A stretch of 64,000 nucleotides of DNA from Actinomycetes bacterium (GTDB taxonomy: Bacteria > Actinomycetota > Humimicrobiia > Humimicrobiales > Humimicrobiaceae), in the NCBI GenBank assembly GCA_022396035.1, contig JAIOXO010000001.1:129769-193768 (forward strand), read 5' to 3'. Under the pieces are notes generated by a model. That model made no database searches. It was not told the origin of the DNA and saw only the letters and a program-made list of their open reading frames with translations. This document shows positions 54,579 to 64,000 of this stretch, piece after piece (position 1 is the stretch's first letter; each line of letters opens with the position of its first letter). Position numbers and translations under genes: made by a program.

Positions 54579-55055
54579 CTACAACCTTATAATCCTTTCC
54601 GCTTCTTCTTCATCCACTTCGGTATCCACACATCCATCCTTGGTAAGGGGCATGGTGACTATCACCGGCAGCTTCCTTATCTTATACTGGCTGAGGGTAT
54701 CTGCTACCGCGCATACCCCTTCCTCCAGTTCCTTGTAGCAGGCAATGGCTACTATCCCCTTGGGCTTTTTTTTCTTTATATACTTTAAGGCCATGGACCC
54801 TCCCGGGGCAATGCATACCCCTTTATAGCCCAGCTCTTGGGCTAGTATCCTTAATCTTCCAATAGTGCACCGGTTGGGGCAGTCATCCCTGCATTCCAGT
54901 CCCTGTTTTCCCACCCTGGCCCCGCATAGCTGGGAGGGCCTCAAACAATGGGATATAAGCAGCACCCTGTCCCGGGGACTGATAGCGGCCAGGTTTTCTT
55001 CCTTATGGCTTCTGCCGGTTTTCATATCTTGTTTTTCCATATTATCCGCCCCCAT
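54579..55055 (-). CDS. Uncharacterised cysteine-rich protein (DUF116-like)
   Basis: Multiple conserved Cys (CLRPSQLCG, ECRDDCPNRC, IACYKELEEGVC); no defined catalytic motif. Confidence 0.35.
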   Translation of the reverse strand: MGADNMEKQDMKTGRSHKEENLAAISPRDRVLLISHCLRPSQLCGARVGKQGLECRDDCPNRCTIGRLRILAQELGYKGVCIAPGGSMALKYIKKKKPKGIVAIACYKELEEGVCAVADTLSQYKIRKLPVIVTMPLTKDGCVDTEVDEEEAERIIRL

Positions 55056-57004
55056 TACTTATTATTTTTTAATTTCCTGTACTCTGCCAGAGCCATAAGA
55101 GGAAAATAATCTTTATAGAGCTCATATTTTAAATAGAAAGCCCGGGGGAAACCTCCTCCGGTATAATATTTTTCACTCCAGCTGCCATCCTCATTCTGGG
55201 AAGATATAAGGTAATCTATACCCCTGTCCACCTGGCTGCATAAGCCCCTGGAGGCCATAAGGCCCAGCAGGGCCCAGGCAGTCTGGGAAGCAGTGCTCTT
55301 GCCCAGGGGCTGGTAACATCCGGCTTCATAAGACTGACAGCTTTCACCCCAGCCGCCGTCATCATTCTGTATCATGATAAACCAGTCGACAGCTTTTGCA
55401 ATATTTTTGGTTATGCTGCTGGTGTTATCCAGACCCAGAGCAGCAGTTGCCTGAAGCACCTTGCTGGAACCGTAAATATAATTTACGCCCCACCGGCCAT
55501 ACCAGCTTCCGTCTGGTTCCTGGGATCTCTTTAAATATCTTAAGGCCCGGGCTATGGGGCCGATTTCGCCGGTATAGCCCAGCCTGGCCAACACCCAGAG
55601 CACATGGGCAGTTATATCCGGACTGCCAAAATCAAGGGGGGTAATAAAATCGGCAAAAGGAATATCTCTCAAGATCCTCTTATTGTTGTCCCGGTCAAAA
55701 GCAGCCCAGCTCCCGTCCTTGTTCTGCATGTCCAGCACCCAGTCAATACCGCGGCTGACAGCCTGCTGTTTGTAGTCCGGATCTTTTCCAGACAGGCTTA
55801 AAGCCATGCTGACTATAGCGGTGTCGTCTATATCCGGGTAATACTTGTTTTCAAATTCAAAAGACCAGCAGCCAGGGCTGGTACGGGGATTATTCACCTT
55901 CCAGTCCCCTTCCTCGGTAACCTGCTTGGCCAACAGCCATTCTTCCGCCTTTAAAATCTGGGGGGCATCAGCATCTATGCCAGAATCCCTTAGACCAATA
56001 ACCGCCCAGGCGGTATCCCATACCGGCGAGGTGGCCGGCTGCAGTACAATATGCCTGGACCCCTCGGCAATAAAGTCATCCAGGCCCTTCAATCCTTTGG
56101 CCATAACCGGATGGCTGCTGCTGTATCCCTGTATGTTTAAAGCTATCAGTGAAAACAGCCACGGAAGCATTATTCCTCCCCAGCTGCCGTCATTCTCCTG
56201 GCGCTCTATAATCCATTTTTCCACCTTTTTTATGGCCGGCTGGCGGCCTATCTTGAATTTCTTGGGCAGCCGGTCCCATACTTTAAAGGCCCGGTTAAAC
56301 AACAAGAATAAATTACCCAGTGAATAAAGATGGGGACTGCTGTATGAATCAGGATTCTTAATCTTGTTCTTATCCCGGTACAGCTCAAAAACGGTCTGGC
56401 CTGGGGAAAGGCGGTGCACCGGTTTCTTGGCTATTATTATGGAAAAAGCCATAATGGTAGACCTGGTCCAGCTGGCAAAATCATATATATTTATGGGAAA
56501 CCACCGGGGAAGGTAAATTATCTCCGGGGGTATCTCCGGTATGGCCTTCCAGCTGTACTGGCCAAAAAGCGCCAGAATTATTTTGGTATAGGTGTTGGCG
56601 GCCTCTATGCCTCCCTGGTCCAGTATGAACTTCCTGGCCCTGGACATCTGTCCGTTATCCGGCTCCAGGCCCAAAAATTTAAGCCCGAAATAAGTCTGTA
56701 TGGTAACATCCAGGCTTCCCTTTCCCCCATAGAACATGCTCCAGGAACCGTCGCTGTTCTGATGATCTAAAAGATAGGCCAGAGCCTTCTTTTCCTTGCC
56801 CAGATTCTCTATTCCTAAAAACCTTATCAGAGGTATAAAACCGCTTACCACTGAAACGTCTGCCTCCAGCAGACCTATCCAGTATCCTTCCTCATCCTGG
56901 CGGGACAACAGGTAGCCCTGGGACCTCTCTATATGGTCTGATATCTTCTCGGTATCAAGGCCTAACATAGCCCTCCTCCTTAAACCAGTTAATGGATTTA
57001 ACAA
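55055..57004 (-). CDS. shc: Squalene-hopene cyclase
   Basis: Repeated QxxxGxW motifs; catalytic DxDD region (DIDDTAIV); 649 aa. Confidence 0.9.
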   Translation of the reverse strand: MLNPLTGLRRRAMLGLDTEKISDHIERSQGYLLSRQDEEGYWIGLLEADVSVVSGFIPLIRFLGIENLGKEKKALAYLLDHQNSDGSWSMFYGGKGSLDVTIQTYFGLKFLGLEPDNGQMSRARKFILDQGGIEAANTYTKIILALFGQYSWKAIPEIPPEIIYLPRWFPINIYDFASWTRSTIMAFSIIIAKKPVHRLSPGQTVFELYRDKNKIKNPDSYSSPHLYSLGNLFLLFNRAFKVWDRLPKKFKIGRQPAIKKVEKWIIERQENDGSWGGIMLPWLFSLIALNIQGYSSSHPVMAKGLKGLDDFIAEGSRHIVLQPATSPVWDTAWAVIGLRDSGIDADAPQILKAEEWLLAKQVTEEGDWKVNNPRTSPGCWSFEFENKYYPDIDDTAIVSMALSLSGKDPDYKQQAVSRGIDWVLDMQNKDGSWAAFDRDNNKRILRDIPFADFITPLDFGSPDITAHVLWVLARLGYTGEIGPIARALRYLKRSQEPDGSWYGRWGVNYIYGSSKVLQATAALGLDNTSSITKNIAKAVDWFIMIQNDDGGWGESCQSYEAGCYQPLGKSTASQTAWALLGLMASRGLCSQVDRGIDYLISSQNEDGSWSEKYYTGGGFPRAFYLKYELYKDYFPLMALAEYRKLKNNK

Positions 57005-57947
57005 AAGCCTGTTGCACCGGGCCCGGTTTCAGCCCCAGCTCTTCCCTGGCTTTACTGCAATCAAAGAACCTCTTTTTGGCAGCAGTTTTTACCGCAGCCA
57101 GAGGAATCTTTGGATGCCTTTTCAATATTTTGCCGCTTATAAACTGATCGGCACATGCCGCACCCATAGCCACCCAGAAAGGTATCTGGGTCTTTGGCGG
57201 CTTCCTGCCGGAAATAGCAGCCACTGTTTCCAGGATCTGTTTTAGGGTCATATTCTCATTTCCCAGTATATAACTCTGGCCGTACTTCCCCTGGTGGTAG
57301 GCCAGTACATGCCCGTAAGCCACATCCTCCACATCAATAACATTAAGACCGGTATTGACATAGGCGGGCATGCCCCCGTTTAAGAAATCAAGCACAATCT
57401 TACCGGTGGGGGTAGGCTTGATATCCCTGGCGCCTATGGGGGCAGTAGGGTTTACAATCACAATAGGCCAGCCCTGCTGGCATAATTTGGCCACTTCCAT
57501 CTCCGCCAGGACCTTGGATCTTTTGTAATGGCTGTACACATCCTGGGGCCGGTTAAGCCTGCCCTCTACTCCCAGGGACATATTTTTGTCTATGGCAATA
57601 GTAGACTCGCTGCTGGTATAAACAATTTTTTTAACCCCCGCCTGCAGGGCTGCTTCCATAATATTTTTAGTACCTTCCACATTAACCTGGTAGGGAAGCC
57701 TTGCATCCCTGCACCAGAAACTGTAGGAGGCGGCCACATGAAACAGCGCATCGCAGCCTTTAACCGCCTGAGCCAGAGACTGTTTATGGGTAAGGTCGCC
57801 ATAACACAATTCAACCTCAAGGTTCTCCAAATTACGCTGGCTGCTCTGCTGCCTGACCAGCACCCTTACCTCAAATCCCTCCTGTATCAGTTTTTCTGCC
57901 ACATGGCTGCCTATAAAACCGGTAGCCCCGGTAACCAGCGCCTTCAT
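56955..57947 (-). CDS. hpnA: Hopanoid-associated NAD-dependent sugar epimerase (HpnA-like)
   Basis: MKALVTGATGFIGSHV Rossmann start. The upstream extension of the track ORF to 58082 overlaps hpnH and is probably not translated. Confidence 0.7.
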   Translation of the reverse strand: MKALVTGATGFIGSHVAEKLIQEGFEVRVLVRQQSSQRNLENLEVELCYGDLTHKQSLAQAVKGCDALFHVAASYSFWCRDARLPYQVNVEGTKNIMEAALQAGVKKIVYTSSESTIAIDKNMSLGVEGRLNRPQDVYSHYKRSKVLAEMEVAKLCQQGWPIVIVNPTAPIGARDIKPTPTGKIVLDFLNGGMPAYVNTGLNVIDVEDVAYGHVLAYHQGKYGQSYILGNENMTLKQILETVAAISGRKPPKTQIPFWVAMGAACADQFISGKILKRHPKIPLAAVKTAAKKRFFDCSKAREELGLKPGPVQQAFVKSINWFKEEGYVRP

Positions 57948-57948
57948 A

Positions 57949-58953
57949 TTATTTTCTCCCGGTAAAATTCCATTTTGCCAGTTTGAGCATATCCGAAAAA
58001 TTCTTCTTGCCCAGAATGGAGCTGGCCTCATAACCGCTGTGCACCATACAGTGCTCGCATCGGGGATCCCTGCCTCTGCCATACCTGTCCCAGGGGGTTT
58101 GTTCTATAAGCTGGCGGTAACTGGGATAATGTTTGTCGGTTATAAGGTAGCAGGGACTCTTCCAGCCCCGGGGATTAACCGTGGGGTTAGCCCAGGGTAC
58201 ACAGTCCAGCTCCCTTTTGCCCTGGAGAAAATCCCAGTAGATGGGGGTATTGTATAATCTTATGGAATCAAGATTGCTGTATATGGCCTTAAACAGCCGG
58301 TAAGTTTTTTCCCGGGGTAAAAATATATCATCCTCCACTTCCTTATAACTGAAAGCGGGGGAAACCATTATCCCGTCTGTGCCTATTTCTTTCAGCTGCC
58401 TGAACAGACCGGTTATCTCTTCTATATTGCTCTGGTTGTACACGGTGGTATTGGTCCTTACCGCAAACCCCTGCTTCTTGGCCTTTTTTATGGCTGCTAC
58501 CGCCGTGTCAAAAACATTTATATTTCCCGCCATGTGGTTATGGGTCTGCTTGAGCCCGTCCAGATGTATTACCAGGCTCAACCCTGGATGGGGCTTTATT
58601 TCATCCAAAAAACCCTCCATCAGCAGTCCATTGCTGCACAGATACACGAAGTACCCTTCATCCAGCAAGCCTTCTACTATCTGTTTTATCTGTGGATGCA
58701 GCAGAGGCTCTCCCCCGGTTACCGATACAATAGGAGCGCCAGCCTGCCGGGCCGCATCCAGGCATTGTTCTGTATCCATGGTCTGGTCAAATATATCTTT
58801 GTACTCTTTAATCCTTCCGCAGCCCTTGCATTTTAAGTTACACTTAAACAATGGCTCCAGCATAAGCACAAAGGGAAATTTCTGGTTGCCCCGGGCCAGA
58901 TTTCTTCTTATATGTGAAACCAGCCGCATGGATAATCTGGCTGAATAAATCAA
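57949..58953 (-). CDS. hpnH: Hopanoid biosynthesis radical SAM protein (adenosylhopane synthase, HpnH-like)
   Basis: Canonical CNLKCKGC (CxxxCxxC); SPASM-like C-terminus; located between shc/hpnA and idi. Confidence 0.8.
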   Translation of the reverse strand: MIYSARLSMRLVSHIRRNLARGNQKFPFVLMLEPLFKCNLKCKGCGRIKEYKDIFDQTMDTEQCLDAARQAGAPIVSVTGGEPLLHPQIKQIVEGLLDEGYFVYLCSNGLLMEGFLDEIKPHPGLSLVIHLDGLKQTHNHMAGNINVFDTAVAAIKKAKKQGFAVRTNTTVYNQSNIEEITGLFRQLKEIGTDGIMVSPAFSYKEVEDDIFLPREKTYRLFKAIYSNLDSIRLYNTPIYWDFLQGKRELDCVPWANPTVNPRGWKSPCYLITDKHYPSYRQLIEQTPWDRYGRGRDPRCEHCMVHSGYEASSILGKKNFSDMLKLAKWNFTGRK

Positions 58954-59984
58954 CTGGGAACCTCCTTGATCAGGTACTTAGTATTTTTAAGGCTCCAAAT
59001 ATCGGCTGCGCCTATGCCAAACATGGCAATCCTCAAGCCCATTTCTATCTCATGTATAAAGTTCAGGGCGCAATCTACTGAATCATTTACAGCCCTTAAC
59101 AGCGGCAGTCCTATACCCGCCACATCTGCACCCAGGGCAATGCATTTGGCCGCTTCCAGGCCATTCCTTATGCCTCCGGAGGCTATAAGGGGGATACTTT
59201 TTGAAGCCGTCCTCACTCTGATGATGGAATCGGCGGTGGGTATGCCCCAGCGGCTAAACTGTGAGGCTATCTTTTTCAAGACTTCATCCCTGCTTCTTAT
59301 TTTTTCTATTTTTACCCAGGAGGTGCCGCCGCTTCCTCCAACATCTATAGCGGCAACCCCGGCCTCTATCAGTTTTCCGGCCGCGGTTTCATCCATGCCA
59401 AATCCCACTTCCCGGACTATTACCGGAAAGTCGGCCTGTCGGCAAATCTGTCCAATCTTTTCTGCCAGCCGGCTAAAATCATGGTTGCCCTCATTCTGGA
59501 AAGCCTCCTGCATGCCATTTAAGTGCAGGCACAAACCGTCTGCTGCTATCATTTCCACTGCCTGTCGGCACTGGTCTATCCCATAGCCGTAGTTCAGCTG
59601 TACCGCTCCCAAATTGGCCAGCAGCAGAATATCCGGGGCCAGGTCCCTGACCTGGTAGGTCTCTGCCGGCATACCGTCCTCGATAGCTGTCCTCTGGGAA
59701 CCAACCCCCATAACTATGCCCGCCTTCTGGGCTACCCGGGCCAGGTTACGGTTTATCTCCCTGCTTTTCTCTATTCCCCCTACCAGGGGGGATATCATCA
59801 GCGGCAGTTTTAGTTTTCTGCCCAGAAAACTGGTACTGGCATCAATAGAGGCCAGATCAACCTGGGGCAGGGCCTGGTGGATAAACCGGTAACCGGATAA
59901 CCCATTGCTTCCCTGCCTGAGATTGTATTTGCTTCCCAGACTTATATTAAGATGCTCCAGTTTCCTGTCGCTGTTTGAAACCAT
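58950..59984 (-). CDS. fni: Type-2 (FMN-dependent) isopentenyl-diphosphate delta-isomerase
   Basis: TIM-barrel IDI-2 with the glycine-rich VGGSGGTSW signature. Confidence 0.85.
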   Translation of the reverse strand: MVSNSDRKLEHLNISLGSKYNLRQGSNGLSGYRFIHQALPQVDLASIDASTSFLGRKLKLPLMISPLVGGIEKSREINRNLARVAQKAGIVMGVGSQRTAIEDGMPAETYQVRDLAPDILLLANLGAVQLNYGYGIDQCRQAVEMIAADGLCLHLNGMQEAFQNEGNHDFSRLAEKIGQICRQADFPVIVREVGFGMDETAAGKLIEAGVAAIDVGGSGGTSWVKIEKIRSRDEVLKKIASQFSRWGIPTADSIIRVRTASKSIPLIASGGIRNGLEAAKCIALGADVAGIGLPLLRAVNDSVDCALNFIHEIEMGLRIAMFGIGAADIWSLKNTKYLIKEVPS

Positions 59985-59985
59985 T

Positions 59986-61011
59986 TTAAAATTCTCTTTT
60001 TACCAAAAACTCTGAAATCTCCAGATAATCTTTTTTAGTGTCTCCGGCCAGGGGTATCTCCTCCAATGCCTGCTGGGACTTAAGATAATAGTAATCGGCC
60101 TGCTCCTGGCAGTACTGCCTGGCTCCTGCCTGTTCCAGATAGGAAAGTATAATCTGTTTATCTTTGGTTGAAATCTCATCCTGGTTATAAATATCGGTTA
60201 AACTCTTGCTTATTTTGGGTCCGGCATTTTCCATAAGATAGACCACAGGCATTGACTTTTTTTTCTTGAGTATATCGCTTCCGCTGCTTTTGCCGGTCTT
60301 TTTATCATTTCCCCAGATGCCCAGTATGTCGTCTTTTATCTGAAAGGCCAGGCCCAGATTTTTACCCAGCATGCCAAAGGCTTCAAGCTTTTCTCCCCGG
60401 GTATGCAGGCAGGCCCCCATCATCAGGCTGGCTTCAATTAAAGCAGCAGTCTTCTTTTCAATCATGTCCAGGTAGTCATCCAGGCTTATGGTTTTTTTCT
60501 GCTCAAAACTTATATCCAGATACTGGCCTTCAATCATTTTCAGGCATGCCCGGTCCATAATGGATGCAGCCTTCATCTGGCGCTGGCAGCTTATATGGTA
60601 ATTATTTAATTTGTGGACTGCCAGGCTGGCTACCATCCTCATAGCCGAGCCCGCATTTATGGCCTGGGGTTTTCCCCAGATACTCCATACTGTAGGCTTG
60701 TGCCTGCGCATTAAATCATTATCCTGGATGTCATCATGCACCAGGGAAAAATTATGTATGTATTCTATGGCTTCTGCCAGGGGCAGGGCAGGCTTAAAAT
60801 CCGAGCTTAAGCTTTCACTGGCCAGCAGGCACAGGGTAGCCCGGAGATACTTTCCTCCACTGGCTTCAATCTCTCTGCCCTCGCTGTCTACCCATCCCAT
60901 ATGGTATCTCAGCATGTCATAGAAAGGAAGCTGCCTGGGTTTAAGGCTGCTCTTAAGCTGCTCTTCTATATAGGGCTTGTAACGGTTAAAAATCCGGGGC
61001 AATTTATCCAT
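59986..61011 (-). CDS. Polyprenyl diphosphate synthase (FPP/GGPP synthase family)
   Basis: First DDxxD (LVHDDIQDND) and second DDxxD (FQIKDDILG) motifs. Confidence 0.85.
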   Translation of the reverse strand: MDKLPRIFNRYKPYIEEQLKSSLKPRQLPFYDMLRYHMGWVDSEGREIEASGGKYLRATLCLLASESLSSDFKPALPLAEAIEYIHNFSLVHDDIQDNDLMRRHKPTVWSIWGKPQAINAGSAMRMVASLAVHKLNNYHISCQRQMKAASIMDRACLKMIEGQYLDISFEQKKTISLDDYLDMIEKKTAALIEASLMMGACLHTRGEKLEAFGMLGKNLGLAFQIKDDILGIWGNDKKTGKSSGSDILKKKKSMPVVYLMENAGPKISKSLTDIYNQDEISTKDKQIILSYLEQAGARQYCQEQADYYYLKSQQALEEIPLAGDTKKDYLEISEFLVKREF

Positions 61012-62320
61012 AGGTCTGTTCTTGCATTTTCCTTAATTTATAAAGCGGGGTATGCTCATCAATATTTACCATTTTTGAGGTAATGGGCTGTCCCTTGGCT
61101 ACGTCCACAGTAAGCTCTGCACCCTCCACCATTCCCAGAGGTATCAGATCCTGGCTCCTGGCCCTGTGGTATTCCTCTATGAGCCCGTAAACGGTATAAC
61201 CGCCTATGCTGTCAATAAACTCCCCTTTGGCCAGGTCCTTTTTGGCCACAGTTATCACCTGTGAACGGGGTGCACCCAGGGGGGTTATAGTTGGCTGCTG
61301 GTAAAAATAGGCCAGGGCTGCAGATAAGGGAACCTCCATGCTGGCCAGATGATAGGGCCGGTACAGAAGATAATTGGGCCCGTCGCCAAACAACAGGTAT
61401 TTAAGTTCATCTTTAAGTACCTGGTTGGTGGTGGTATATACCAGAAATACTCCCGGGGCCACATCCCCTATAGCAAAATCCACTGCCGGAACCCGGTTAA
61501 GTATTCCTCCCTGCTGCCGGGAAGCAAAAATTTTGGTCAGCTGGTCCACATTGGCCTGGGGGCCATGCATGCCCCTCACATCGGGCAGTATCCCGGTAGC
61601 ATTGGAAAAACAGGCCATCTCCTCCATGGATTTGGTACCGTCCACAAACGAGGTCATCATCCTGGGGTTGGCACCTTTCATTTTGCTGTAATCGGCCAGG
61701 GTAGTGGGATTGGCGCTGCGGTCCAGCGGATTGTTTTTACCCTTGCCTGCTGCCACCACTGTAAAACCCAGGGCGGTAGCAAAATCATAAAGTTCTTTTA
61801 AGGCTCCCGGCTCATCTCCGGCGCCGATAGTGTAAACCAAGCCTTTTTTGTTGGCCAGTTTCTTAATCATGGGCCCCACGGTTACGTCCGCTTCCACATT
61901 AAGGCTTACCATGTGTTTTTTGTTTTCTATGGCAGCCATGCTTATAGCTGCTCCTGCTTCGGGGCTCCCGGTAGCATCCATAACTATATCCACCTGGTCC
62001 AGCGAGGTCAGAAGCTCCAGGCTGTCAGTAAACACCATCCGGTTTTCTTTTGCTGCCAGTTCGGCCTGCGCTTTCATTTTATCCGGGGCCATACTGCCAG
62101 CACTTATTACTTCTGATTTGCCCTCGATCAGGTCATGCTGGCCCAGCCTCCGGGATATGGATTCTGCATGGCGGTTAGCTACCGCTACCACTTTCATCCC
62201 CTGCACATCTTTTATCTGGGAGAGCAGGCTTATGCCCATCTGGCCAATACCGGCCAGAGCTATATTTATGGACCGGCCCTGTTGCGCTAATTGGTTTAAT
62301 CTAGTGTTTATGCCCAGCAT
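61004..62320 (-). CDS. NAD(P)-binding oxidoreductase with C-terminal SAF domain (COG4091-like, homoserine-dehydrogenase-like fold)
   Basis: N-terminal Rossmann ALAGIGQMG; C-terminal SAF-like beta-clip (KGQPITSKMVNI). Confidence 0.5.
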   Translation of the reverse strand: MLGINTRLNQLAQQGRSINIALAGIGQMGISLLSQIKDVQGMKVVAVANRHAESISRRLGQHDLIEGKSEVISAGSMAPDKMKAQAELAAKENRMVFTDSLELLTSLDQVDIVMDATGSPEAGAAISMAAIENKKHMVSLNVEADVTVGPMIKKLANKKGLVYTIGAGDEPGALKELYDFATALGFTVVAAGKGKNNPLDRSANPTTLADYSKMKGANPRMMTSFVDGTKSMEEMACFSNATGILPDVRGMHGPQANVDQLTKIFASRQQGGILNRVPAVDFAIGDVAPGVFLVYTTTNQVLKDELKYLLFGDGPNYLLYRPYHLASMEVPLSAALAYFYQQPTITPLGAPRSQVITVAKKDLAKGEFIDSIGGYTVYGLIEEYHRARSQDLIPLGMVEGAELTVDVAKGQPITSKMVNIDEHTPLYKLRKMQEQTYG

Positions 62321-62463
62321 TAACTACCGCCTTAAAATAAGTCAAAAGATAATTAAATACAATCTTAAGGTATGTATTAAAATAAAGCAAGAATTAAAAT
62401 GGTAAAAAATTATCCCAGCTGACTGGCAACTGGAATAATTTTTTTACTTTTACTTAGAAGAAA

Positions 62464-62673
62464 TTAGTTGCCTTTTTCTCTCTCGGCAGCCTCAATCATT
62501 TTCTTGGCAATTCTAAGTTCAGTCTTTCTTCTTATGTCTTCAGTGTAAACTCTAAGTTCTGCCACCAATTTGTTGTATCTTGTAATATATATGGTATCCC
62601 CCAAGTTTTCCGTAAGGTACTTGGTTAAGTTTACCCGAAGCTCATTGGTGTCTATTCTTTTTATGTCACTCAT
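62464..62673 (-). CDS. Small Phd/YefM-like antitoxin-fold protein, orphan
   Basis: NELRVNLTKYL..DTIYITRYNKLVAELRV follows the Phd/YefM beta-alpha-beta pattern. No adjacent toxin ORF. Confidence 0.3.
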   Translation of the reverse strand: MSDIKRIDTNELRVNLTKYLTENLGDTIYITRYNKLVAELRVYTEDIRRKTELRIAKKMIEAAEREKGN

Positions 62674-62834
62674 TAGTTCACCCCCAAAAAGCTTTTATAT
62701 TCTGTATTTTTCTAATTACTTTAATAACTAAATTATAAAGAAATAACCAGAACTTATCATATCATAATATATGATTAATATCTATAATAAAATTATAAAA
62801 TTTCTAATATTGTTTTTGTTAATAAATTCGGTAT

Positions 62835-63839
62835 TCAGATCCTCCGTCTTATAGCCAGACCATAAAAATATCCGCACAGTTTAGCCAAGTCTATATAGGC
62901 AAGAAGAAAAGGTAATAACATTATGGCTGCTGCCTTTTTACAGCACCGCCGGCCCTCAAATACATAGCCAACCCTAAAGAAAGCAGGCCGGGAGTAAACC
63001 AGCAATAACAGGGCCAGGGGAAGCAAAAACCACCAGCTTACCGTAAATATAAGGGTCAGGAAGGCTAGAAATACCGCTGCCGACCCTATCCTTAACCCAT
63101 GGCGGTAAGTATACATCCTCCCCAGGGCATCCCCCTTGGCATAGCGGAAAAACTGTTTAAATATGGAAGACAGGCTGGTTCTCATCAGCCAGCGGACCAC
63201 TGCCCGGGGCACAAATTTTATCCGGTAGCCCTGGTTTTTTAAAAAAAAGTTAAACTTCATGTCTTCCCCGAAATCCAGATTCTGGGGGTATCCGCCCACC
63301 CGCTCCCAGGCTGATTTATAGAAACATACATTACGGGAGGAGGGCATAAACCGGTCTTCTTTTACCTGGTGCGGCAGCACTACCACTGCTGAGGCCAGGC
63401 ACCTTTCCAGGAAACTGTTGGCCAGTGCTGCACTATAGCCGCCAGCTACAGTATCGGGCCCGGCATTTGAGGCCAGGGTACCCAGCCAGTCCCGGTCCAG
63501 GATGCAGCCGGCATCACTTACGCATATAACCTCTGACCTGGCAGCTTTAATAGCAATATTTCTTCCCCGGGATATTCCAGCTTCCTCCTGGATGATATTA
63601 ACCCTTACCGGCAGCGAAAAATCCCTAAAGCAGGATTTGATAATCTTAACCGTGCCGTCGGTAGAACCCCCGTCTACTATTACTATCTCTGCCGGCAGTA
63701 CCGACTGGCCGGCCAGGCTCTCCAGAAAGGGTCGGATGGTATCCGCTTCATTGTATACGGTAGCTATGAATGCTGTATTTTTTCTTATAGCCTTATTATT
63801 TATATCCATGGTTAAAATAATATTTAATTGCCCGGCCAA
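62835..63839 (-). CDS. Family-2 glycosyltransferase with C-terminal membrane segment
   Basis: IVIVDGGSTDGT and the DxD region (CVSDAGC); hydrophobic C-terminus. Confidence 0.8.
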   Translation of the reverse strand: MAGQLNIILTMDINNKAIRKNTAFIATVYNEADTIRPFLESLAGQSVLPAEIVIVDGGSTDGTVKIIKSCFRDFSLPVRVNIIQEEAGISRGRNIAIKAARSEVICVSDAGCILDRDWLGTLASNAGPDTVAGGYSAALANSFLERCLASAVVVLPHQVKEDRFMPSSRNVCFYKSAWERVGGYPQNLDFGEDMKFNFFLKNQGYRIKFVPRAVVRWLMRTSLSSIFKQFFRYAKGDALGRMYTYRHGLRIGSAAVFLAFLTLIFTVSWWFLLPLALLLLVYSRPAFFRVGYVFEGRRCCKKAAAIMLLPFLLAYIDLAKLCGYFYGLAIRRRI

Positions 63840-64000
63840 ACTGGGCAGCTGTTTGCGGTTTGCCGGTTAAAAAAGATAAAAATACGCGGTTCAGCATTCC
63901 CAGAAAGTACAGGCAGCTTACTGCCCTGCTGTAAGGCCGGCCGTAATTTTTGGTAAAATATATAACCCTGGATTTCCATACCTGGGACAGCCTTAAGGCC
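63814..64000 (-). CDS. 3' end of an unidentified CDS running off the window edge (partial)
   Basis: Open minus-strand frame ..GLKAVPGMEIQGYIFYQKLRPALQQGSKLPVLSGNAEPRIFIFFNRQTANSCPVWPGN* ending at TAA 63816..63814; overlaps the GT2 start by 26 nt. Confidence 0.2.

Noticed and set aside
56955-58082. The 375-aa extent of the hpnA ORF as given in the track
   Set aside because: The first 45 codons overlap the 3' end of hpnH, and the Rossmann motif begins at the internal Met. Start re-assigned to 57947.

Overview
Firmicutes-like chromosomal segment in which almost every gene is on the minus strand. Conserved core operons: (i) a sulfur amino-acid operon under an Rrf2 regulator (metY, an atypical Cys-rich radical-SAM-like protein, cystathionine beta-synthase, cystathionine gamma-lyase, a LarE-type PP-loop sulfur transferase, a SAM methyltransferase); (ii) a copper module (csoR, copA, two tandem YHS-domain genes, a fused membrane/spermidine-synthase-like protein); (iii) lgt-DUF2085-ICMT; (iv) pntAA-pntAB-pntB; (v) smpB plus tmRNA (ssrA); (vi) ctpA-envC(M23)-ftsX-ftsE-prfB-secA-hpf-csp-comFC; (vii) a GDP-sugar cluster (PGI/PMI, PGM/PMM, gmd, an rmd-like reductase, two NDP-sugar pyrophosphorylases, GT2) with mtnA and ahcY embedded; (viii) a hopanoid/isoprenoid cluster (polyprenyl synthase, idi-2, hpnH, hpnA, shc, ispE, TetR). 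prfB carries the classical programmed +1 frameshift (CTT TGA), which the ORF track splits. Accessory content: an IS1634-like transposase pseudogene at the 5' edge; two ISNCY/IS481-like transposase remnants; and a visibly AT-richer island of about 5.9 kb inserted at the 3' end of ssrA, bounded by perfect 35-bp direct repeats. The island has no integrase. It carries a two-gene cytoplasmic nuclease module (an EEP-family nuclease followed by a PD-(D/E)xK-like protein with a Cys-rich Zn-ribbon), which is the best candidate for an undescribed defence or toxin system. It also carries two surface/secreted-protein cassettes that share a paralogous, structured 5' leader with an intrinsic terminator (candidate riboswitch or attenuator) and a conserved palindromic 3' element. 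A shared palindromic operator/promoter lies upstream of both the YHS/copper operon and the pntAAB operon. A 53-aa YHS gene is missing from the ORF track.
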